Shown piece by piece: positions 9,457 to 15,598 of a stretch of 15,598 nucleotides of DNA. The stretch is taken from assembly GCA_963977445.1 (NCBI GenBank), contig CAXBPH010000162.1, positions 1 through 15,598 of the forward strand, given 5' to 3'. How positions within the stretch are numbered: the first letter of the stretch is position 1; the number at the start of each line of letters is the position of its first letter. Below the pieces are notes generated by a model. The model was not told where the DNA came from, ran no database searches, and saw nothing but the letters and a program-made list of their open reading frames with translations. Made by a program: the position numbers and the translations under genes. This DNA comes from an uncultured bacterium (lineage in GTDB: Bacteria; Hydrogenedentota; Hydrogenedentia; Hydrogenedentales; JAEUWI01).

Positions 9457-10488
9457 TCAAACGTTCCAGTCGGAAAACTGGCGACGCACAAGCAGGTACA
9501 GAAATACCGGTCCACCGACCATGGTGGTAATAATCCCGATAGGCGTCTCACCGGGCAATATGAGTCGGGCGACGATGTCACAGGCACATAAAAATGCCCC
9601 GCCGGCAACGAAGCTCAAGGGCATGACGAGGCGATGGCTCGGTCCCGTTATCAGTCGGACACCGTGGGGAATGATGAGGCCGACAAAACCTATAGGCCCC
9701 ACCTCGGAAACAATAACGGCCGTTATGAGCGACCCCACGAGAAAGGTGGTCGTTTGGAGCCGGGCGATATTCACGCCGCGACCAGCTGCCATGGTCGTGC
9801 CGAAAGCAAACTGATCGTAGCGTGCGGCCTGCATGAGCAAAACCACAGCACAGGGAATCACACCGGCGGCAAGAAATAGCACGGGACGGTAGCCGAGCAC
9901 ATCGACGCCCCCCATGAGCCATCGATCCATGTTTACCAACAAGTCAGGTTTGGCGATGTAGCGGCTGAACATGATGCCCGCATTGGCCAGCATGCCCAGG
10001 GTTACGCCCGCGAGCAATAGCACGGCGGGTGACGTTTGAATCCGGCGGGCGGCAAGCAGATAAACGAGGAATACGTCGAGACCTGCGAAGAGAAAGGCCA
10101 GAGACTGTTTGCTGGTGAGCACGTTGATGACGGGTATCGTCGCGGTAACGTCGGCAATGAGAAAGGCGATCCAGGCACCGAGCGCGCCCGAACTGGCAAC
10201 GCCCAGGGTGTAGGGCGTGGCCAATGGATTGCGCAGCAACGCCTGAAAGGCACATCCCGCCAAGGCCAATCCGCCTCCGGCGATAAAGGCGGCCAACGTC
10301 CGGGGTATGCGATGGCGCACCAGTACCGCCAGGGTCGGGGCCTCGTTCAAGGGCGTAGCACGAATCAATTCGTGCCAGGCCTGGGCGAAATCGAGACGTT
10401 CCGTACCCAGAAACACGCTCAAAACGGCAATGAACAGGCAACCAGCGAAACAGAGGGTCATCATGCGATCTTTTAGAAATCTGACCAC
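9457..10488 (-). CDS. ABC transporter permease, FecCD/BtuC family
   Basis: RIPRTLAAFIAGGGLALAG..FQALLRNPLATPYTLGVASSGALGA, GPIGFVGLIIPH, ETPIGIITTMVGGPVFLYLL. Probable start is GTG 10488 with GGAGG 9 nt upstream, next to the ATPase stop. Confidence 0.93.
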   Translation of the reverse strand: MVRFLKDRMMTLCFAGCLFIAVLSVFLGTERLDFAQAWHELIRATPLNEAPTLAVLVRHRIPRTLAAFIAGGGLALAGCAFQALLRNPLATPYTLGVASSGALGAWIAFLIADVTATIPVINVLTSKQSLAFLFAGLDVFLVYLLAARRIQTSPAVLLLAGVTLGMLANAGIMFSRYIAKPDLLVNMDRWLMGGVDVLGYRPVLFLAAGVIPCAVVLLMQAARYDQFAFGTTMAAGRGVNIARLQTTTFLVGSLITAVIVSEVGPIGFVGLIIPHGVRLITGPSHRLVMPLSFVAGGAFLCACDIVARLILPGETPIGIITTMVGGPVFLYLLVRRQFSDWNV

Positions 10489-10489
10489 G

Positions 10490-11281
10490 TCATGGTCCCT
10501 CCATAGGAACGGTAACGAAGGGGCTACCGGTCTGGGGGTGCTCACTTACCATCAAGGGGCTGCCGTAGGCCTCGGTCAGATCCCGCTCCGTGAGGATGGA
10601 TTCCGGATCGCCCTGCCCCACGAGATCATGATGACGCCCCAACAACATAATGGTGTCGCAAAACTGGGCCGCCATATTGATATCGTGGGTCACCACTACG
10701 ATTCCCAAATCCCGCTGGACCAAATTGCGCAGTTGTCGAAAAAAGGCCACTTCGTGGGGCAAATCAAGGGCGGATGTGGGTTCATCGAGAAGCAGTAAAT
10801 GGGGTTCCTGAGCAAGTACACTGGCGAGCATGACGCGCTGACGCTCCCCGCCGGAGAGGGATAGAAAATCACGATGGGCCAATTCGCTGGATTCGGTCTG
10901 GTCAAGACAGGACTGCACCACGTCCCGATCATGGGTACTCAACGTGCCAAGAGGGCCTACATGGGGAAAGCGGCCAAGGGCCACCACGTCGTTGACCTTG
11001 AGACTGAAAGCGGGGTTGACGGACTGGGGCATGTAGGCCACCAGCGTTGCGCGCTCCAGCGTGGTGTAGGAGGCCAGCGGACGACCGTCAAGGGACACTT
11101 GGCCCCTGTCTGGCGTCAAGAGACCACAACACAATTGCAACAGGGTACTCTTACCGGCACCGTTGGGTCCGATAATGCCCGTCACGGTGCCTGAATGAAT
11201 GGCCGCCGAAATATGTCGGAGCACCGGAGACTCGGGCGTGTAGGCGAAGGATAGATCAGCGACTTCAATGGAATGCTTCAT
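10490..11281 (-). CDS. ABC transporter ATP-binding protein, FepC/BtuD/HmuV family
   Basis: Walker A GPNGAGKST, Q-loop YMPQ, signature LSGGERQR, Walker B LLLLDEPT, H-loop VTHD; ATGA overlap with the upstream binding-protein gene. Confidence 0.95.
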   Translation of the reverse strand: MKHSIEVADLSFAYTPESPVLRHISAAIHSGTVTGIIGPNGAGKSTLLQLCCGLLTPDRGQVSLDGRPLASYTTLERATLVAYMPQSVNPAFSLKVNDVVALGRFPHVGPLGTLSTHDRDVVQSCLDQTESSELAHRDFLSLSGGERQRVMLASVLAQEPHLLLLDEPTSALDLPHEVAFFRQLRNLVQRDLGIVVVTHDINMAAQFCDTIMLLGRHHDLVGQGDPESILTERDLTEAYGSPLMVSEHPQTGSPFVTVPMEGP

Positions 11282-12180
11282 TCCGGTAATTGTGCACTGA
11301 AATTAAGTTTCTGCGCAATCTGGCGAGCGACATCGGTTACCCGTGGCCCCGGGCGCATCATGTGGGAGTCGGTGAATATATAGATACGGCCCTTTTTCCA
11401 TGCAGGGAGGGAATCGAGGCCATTCCAATCCGAAACAATATCGGTCTTCTGATTTTGGGAGAGCGAACGTCCCGCGTGTATTTCCAGAATCACATCCGGT
11501 GCCTCCAGCAGGAGGGTTTCCTTGGAGGCCTCCAGATAGGCCTGGCCTGCATCGCCGTAAATATTGTCCCCACCGGCCACCTCCACCAGCTCCGAAATGA
11601 ACGATGAACCCCCGACGGTCTGCAGATTGCTGAGATCACCACGCTCTCGACCCAATACGATAAAGACCTTGGGTCGTTCGAATTCGGCTACGGCACGGCG
11701 GATAGCTTCAAGCTCATTGAGGATATCTGCGCGAAGTTGGGTCGCCTTGGGCACGGCGTTGAGGGTGCGACCAATCGCTTCAATACCGGCATCTATCGTT
11801 TCGAGGCTGTCCATATGGATGTTGGCGACAGCAATGCCGTATTGCTCCCCAAACGTCGTCACTTTTTCGTGACGACCCGGCACAAAAATCAATGCGGGGC
11901 GCAAGAGGGCAATCTGCTCCAAATCGGGATCAAGGTAGCCCCCCAACTGGGGAAGGGCCGTAGCCTTTCGCGGATAGTCGTCGAAATCGCTCACCCCGAT
12001 GAGTCGGCTACCTTCGCCGATGGCGTAAATCGTCTCGGTGATATTGGGTGCCAGAGAGATGACGCCGTGCCCTTTTCCCTCACCCCCGCCACTGCACCCG
12101 GATAGGCTCGTTGTAAAAATGAAGCCGAACAAGAGGGCGCTTCGAAGAAGGGGAAGGCGTTCAGAGGGCGAAAAAAGCAT
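11278..12180 (-). CDS. Helical-backbone substrate-binding lipoprotein, BtuF-like (probable cobalamin binding)
   Basis: Lipobox LSGC; VISLAPNITETIYAIG..LIGVSDFDDYP; PDLEQIALLRP; MRPGPRV, all typical of BtuF/TroA-like receptors. Start uncertain (ATG 12180 or TTG 12216). Confidence 0.85.
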   Translation of the reverse strand: MLFSPSERLPLLRSALLFGFIFTTSLSGCSGGGEGKGHGVISLAPNITETIYAIGEGSRLIGVSDFDDYPRKATALPQLGGYLDPDLEQIALLRPALIFVPGRHEKVTTFGEQYGIAVANIHMDSLETIDAGIEAIGRTLNAVPKATQLRADILNELEAIRRAVAEFERPKVFIVLGRERGDLSNLQTVGGSSFISELVEVAGGDNIYGDAGQAYLEASKETLLLEAPDVILEIHAGRSLSQNQKTDIVSDWNGLDSLPAWKKGRIYIFTDSHMMRPGPRVTDVARQIAQKLNFSAQLPE

Positions 12181-12287
12181 GTTAACAGGTTTCCCGGAAT
12201 TCTCGGCAAATATCAAAGTAATAATACGGCGCTTACACTGGATTCTGTGCCGAAGGGAAAGAATAATGCAAATTTTCGTAAAACCCG

Positions 12288-12470
12288 CTACAGGGCAGCA
12301 AGGATTCCGAGGCCGTCGGCGACGAGGTCGTACACGTCCGCCACACCCCCACCCAGGGCGTCATACACTTCTTTTCCGATGCCCGCAAGGACCGCCAGCG
12401 CCGGGTCAAAGAGTGCAATGATAAAACTAACGACAAAGTGCAGCACCTTGTCCGGCCCAAAAATGTCCAT
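12288..12470 (-). CDS. Small hydrophobic protein with YfiM/VanZ-like motif
   Basis: 60 aa, purine-rich RBS (AAAGGGAAA), starts 16 nt after the trpS stop; pattern DKxxH...GxGKExxD...DxxDxxADxxG. Confidence 0.75.
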   Translation of the reverse strand: MDIFGPDKVLHFVVSFIIALFDPALAVLAGIGKEVYDALGGGVADVYDLVADGLGILAAL

Positions 12471-12486
12471 GGTAATTTCCCTTTAC

Positions 12487-13548
12487 TCAGGCCCGGTAGA
12501 GACTACGCCCGATACCCATGGCTTCGCGGCAGTTTTCCACCGTTTCCAGCGCAACGGGTGTGACTTTCTTGGCATTTTCCCGAAGGAAGTCTTCGATAAA
12601 TGCATTGTTGTTGGCAGGATCGTTGAAACGCTCAATAATGGGCTCGTTAAACTTGCTCACGTGCTCGGCCACGGCCTTCTTCAAATTACCGTAAAACTTG
12701 CCGCCGTGTCGGTATTGATCGAGGTAATCCAGAAAGACTTCTTCCGGTGCGGTCAGATTGAGCAATCGATACAATACGTTGAGTCCGCCGGGAAGTTTGG
12801 GAATGACCTCTTCTGGATCGTTGCTGTCCGTATCCAGGGGCTCGGGCTCGGTGGATGTCACGACCGATTTGATTTTTTTCAGCACCGTTTTCGGGTCGTC
12901 CAACAGGTCGAGGGTGTTGTTGTCGCTCTTCCCCATTTTGGCCGAGCCATCCAGCCCGGGAAGTCGAAGGGCCTCGCGGCCAACGGCCTTGGGACGGTGA
13001 AGGGCTTCGCAGCTAAAACGGTGGTTAAACTTTTCGGCAATGTCACAGGCCATTTCCACGTGTTGGCGCTGATCATCCCCCACGGGAACCACATCGGCCT
13101 TCACGATAAGTATGTCGGCCGCCATCAAGACGGGATACCCCAGGAGCCCGTAGGACAAGGGGTTGCCATCCACCCGGGGGTCATCCTGCAACTTGCTGAA
13201 TTTATCTTTGTAGGTCGTTCCCCGTTCGAGGTGACCAATATTGGTAATCATACCCAGCAACAGCGACAACTCTGCCGTGCAGGGGAGATCACTTTGTCGG
13301 TATACGACCGAACGGGCGGGATCGAGGCCGCAGGCCACGTAGGTACGCAACATGTCGAGGGTTTGTTGATACACCTCTTTACGTCCGGTAATCGTCGTCA
13401 GCGCATGGTAGTCGGCAATGAAGTAGAAGCAGGTCGCATCACTTTCCTGAAGTCGAAGAAAATGGTGGACGGCACCAAAATAGTTGCCGTAGTGGAGACG
13501 CCCGGTAGGACGGATACCAGAAAGAATGACTTCGTTACGTTCAGACAT
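12487..13548 (-). CDS. trpS: Tryptophan--tRNA ligase
   Basis: SGIRPTGRLHYGNY (HIGH-like), IADYHALT, YPVLMAADIL, VPVGDDQRQHVE, KMGKS (KMSKS-like). Start set at ATG 13548 (AAGG upstream) by family N-terminus. Confidence 0.96.
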   Translation of the reverse strand: MSERNEVILSGIRPTGRLHYGNYFGAVHHFLRLQESDATCFYFIADYHALTTITGRKEVYQQTLDMLRTYVACGLDPARSVVYRQSDLPCTAELSLLLGMITNIGHLERGTTYKDKFSKLQDDPRVDGNPLSYGLLGYPVLMAADILIVKADVVPVGDDQRQHVEMACDIAEKFNHRFSCEALHRPKAVGREALRLPGLDGSAKMGKSDNNTLDLLDDPKTVLKKIKSVVTSTEPEPLDTDSNDPEEVIPKLPGGLNVLYRLLNLTAPEEVFLDYLDQYRHGGKFYGNLKKAVAEHVSKFNEPIIERFNDPANNNAFIEDFLRENAKKVTPVALETVENCREAMGIGRSLYRA

Positions 13549-13671
13549 GCTTGTAACTACCTTTGATACGCGTGGGATAAGAGTGATGGGTTCGTGGGGC
13601 ACAAGAATACCTGAAATCGGCGAAGGGATTCCATTCATCACGGTCCAGGTCACGGGGCAACGCGGAAGGGC

Positions 13672-15450
13672 TCAACTATTCCCCAGTCGCGCGACCATGG
13701 CCCGGGCCACCTCGGGCCAATCGTCGTTCAGGCCTTTGAAGGTGAGCTCTTCCTGTTCCCAATCGACAATCGTGGGTGCGCAGATGAGTTGGTCCTCATA
13801 GAGGATGGCGAGTTGTTTGCCCAAGTTGGCAAAACAGGCACCCGACAAGGCGTCGAGCCCCTCGGCCGTCAGACTGAGATGGAGTAGCAGGCGATCGGCC
13901 TTATTTTCCAACCGCGCCCCGGTGACGGCATGGCTATCGAGAATAACGTCATTCTGCACCGCAACCAAGACGCCACGGGCCGCGCCGGGGGCAGGGAAAT
14001 GGGTTACCGGAATCAGTTTACGCTCCTGAGGCTCTGCCATAAGCCGCACTTGAAAAAAATCAAAGTCATCGCCCAGGAGGATCGGACCGGAGGATTCCGC
14101 CGCCCCATCACCGCCGGTAGCGGGACCAGCCGTGGTCGAAGGGGGCGCTACGCCGGCATAGCGATTCCATCGGGTCATCACCTTGGCATTTTGCCCGTGG
14201 GAAAGATTGGCCAAGGTTAAACGCCCGGTTTTCAGCTGTTCCGCCGACACAATTCCAATAACACGCCCCTGCATGAGCACCGCCAATTCACGGTCTGTCT
14301 GGCCCTGTAAAAAACGCGCCATCTCCTCGGAATAGGGCGTGGTGATATCGCGGGCCAGAACCAGGGAAGCGCCGTCTTCGCCGATAGCGGATGCCCCCTC
14401 GGTGCGCCAGGCGGGTGGGAGCGCAATGCTCACGTCAGACCAAGGGCCCGGTCGGAGAGCCAGCCACGGCGTGCTGCCGTCGGCAGTCTCGGACCAGGGC
14501 GCGTAGCATGGGGGCTCCCCTGCCCAATCCTCACCGGTTAGTGTCCATAACTGGAATTCCGATGTGTAGCGAGGTTGCATGGGTGGGGCGACCCAGTCGG
14601 TATCGCCGTCGAGGGACAGTCTGGCTTCAACGAGTTTTCGGGCTTCGCTGCGCGATGTGAACTCACCCAGCAATCGTCCGAGCATGTGTTCTCCCTTGCC
14701 GTAAATGGCCAGCGTACGGGCCAGCGGTACCCGCACCGGAATCTGTTTCACGCCCGGAATCCAGATGTAGGGCCCGGCAGTCTCTTGCACTTCATGGGAT
14801 TCAAACCGAATAAAGTACCGACGGTGCCCCTGGATCTCACTATAGGAATCGATGCGTTTTGCGGCCTCATCCGAGACCACCAACGTAAACAGGGCGCCGT
14901 TTTCAGCGACCTCTATGCTGAAATCATCCATATCGGCAAATGGCGTGCGCCACAGGCGATCGGCGCTGGGAACATCCTCACCGGGGTGGGTCTCCCAACA
15001 GAGGGACAGCGAGAGAAAGGGCGGAGAAATGACGAGGCCAATCTGTTCCGAGGTAGCCTGATACGCGGCGTTGTAACCGTAGTTGTTTGCCAAATCCCGT
15101 ATTGTCTGAAAGACGTCCGGCGCCTTGTCCCCTTTAGCATCAAGAAATACCAAGACGTGGGGCACGCCATCAGGACGTATCTCTAAATCACCCGCCCCGG
15201 AACGGGACAGCAGGCGTTGCACTTCAGCGGCAAATACGTCGAAGGGGGCGTTCCCAGTTTGCACGGTAGTTTGATCTCTTTCCACGGTGGGCGTTGTTGG
15301 CGTGGCACGTACCGTTGTCGGCGCGGCAGACACGGAAGCAAGAAGCAGCAACGGGACTACCATCCGTGCCAACGTCAGCATTCCCGCTAGCGCAGCCATC
15401 GTCGGCGGGTCTCCGGCGGGTCGTCTATCTTCTGGAGTGTGTAAGTTCAA
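13672..15450 (-). CDS. Exported protein with SecD/SecF periplasmic P1(-head)-like domains
   Basis: Long ORF with TTG start and AAGGAG RBS; hydrophobic signal-like segment (MVVPLLLLASVSA); C-terminal LSLTAEGLDALSGACFANLGKQLAILYEDQLICAPTI resembles the SecD P1 head encoded at 721-960. No further TM helices evident. Confidence 0.7.
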   Translation of the reverse strand: MNLHTPEDRRPAGDPPTMAALAGMLTLARMVVPLLLLASVSAAPTTVRATPTTPTVERDQTTVQTGNAPFDVFAAEVQRLLSRSGAGDLEIRPDGVPHVLVFLDAKGDKAPDVFQTIRDLANNYGYNAAYQATSEQIGLVISPPFLSLSLCWETHPGEDVPSADRLWRTPFADMDDFSIEVAENGALFTLVVSDEAAKRIDSYSEIQGHRRYFIRFESHEVQETAGPYIWIPGVKQIPVRVPLARTLAIYGKGEHMLGRLLGEFTSRSEARKLVEARLSLDGDTDWVAPPMQPRYTSEFQLWTLTGEDWAGEPPCYAPWSETADGSTPWLALRPGPWSDVSIALPPAWRTEGASAIGEDGASLVLARDITTPYSEEMARFLQGQTDRELAVLMQGRVIGIVSAEQLKTGRLTLANLSHGQNAKVMTRWNRYAGVAPPSTTAGPATGGDGAAESSGPILLGDDFDFFQVRLMAEPQERKLIPVTHFPAPGAARGVLVAVQNDVILDSHAVTGARLENKADRLLLHLSLTAEGLDALSGACFANLGKQLAILYEDQLICAPTIVDWEQEELTFKGLNDDWPEVARAMVARLGNS

Positions 15451-15479
15451 CGTGTGTACAACTCCTTCATGTTGTATAA

Positions 15480-15508
15480 ACCCTACGACGCGGCGCGATG
15501 AAAGTCAA
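15480..15508 (-). promoter_or_regulatory. Putative sigma70 promoter of the 592-aa gene
   Basis: Minus strand TTGACT-N17-TAGGGT located between the terminator and the AAGGAG RBS (15462-15467). Confidence 0.55.
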
Positions 15509-15537
15509 GAAGGGAAGGGCCCAGGAAATACCCAAGC

Positions 15538-15578
15538 CAAAAGAACAACGCGCCAGACCCGAGGGCCTGGCGCGTTTT
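15538..15578 (-). terminator. Rho-independent terminator, possibly bidirectional
   Basis: Stem AACGCGCCAG / CTGGCGCGTT (15547-15576), extended on the minus strand by a G-U pair and C-G pairs and followed by GTTCTTTT; the plus strand is followed by TTTT. Confidence 0.75.
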
Positions 15579-15598
15579 AGTGTTTAGTCTAGTTCAGG

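Noticed and set aside
9257..9460. 67-aa minus-strand ORF between permease and kinase
   Set aside because: No recognisable motif. The region is AT-rich and looks like the kinase promoter region (TGtTACGAT extended -10-like near 9320-9328). Coding cannot be supported, although it does overlap the permease stop in a coupled fashion.
10473..10493. ATGA-coupled mini-ORF MTWSDF at the ATPase stop, suggesting a frameshifted permease
   Set aside because: The permease has an intact in-frame GTG at 10488 with a well-spaced GGAGG, so no frameshift is needed.
12247..13566. 439-aa plus-strand ORF
   Set aside because: Antisense shadow of trpS and the small ORF; no family features.
13549..13671. Possible T-box or attenuator upstream of trpS
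   Set aside because: Only about 120 nt, with no T-box consensus (AAnnnnGGTGGnACC), no Trp-rich leader peptide and no terminator.

Overview
Ordinary-looking bacterial chromosomal window, GC-rich and almost entirely minus-strand. It contains no mobile elements, CRISPR arrays or RNA genes that I can support. In minus-strand reading order (right to left): an intrinsic terminator and sigma70-like promoter; a 592-aa exported protein that appears to be built from SecD/SecF periplasmic (P1)-like modules; trpS; a 60-aa YfiM/VanZ-like membrane microprotein; a cobalamin/Fe-chelate ABC importer (BtuF-, BtuD-, BtuC-like); an orphan 1344-aa MASE1-multiPAS hybrid histidine kinase; a secreted BNR/Asp-box sialidase-fold protein; a plus-strand yhbY; and tgt-yajC-secDF. 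The secDF gene is a fusion that runs off the left edge and is missing from the ORF track. The most interesting observations are the membrane-less multi-P1-domain protein, whose motifs align by eye with the SecD in the same window; a FixL-type heme PAS next to a Cys-less LOV-like PAS in the kinase; a GntR-like operator on a near-consensus promoter of the sialidase-fold gene; and the minimal YfiM/VanZ-like ORF. No clearly novel multi-gene system is demonstrable from sequence alone.
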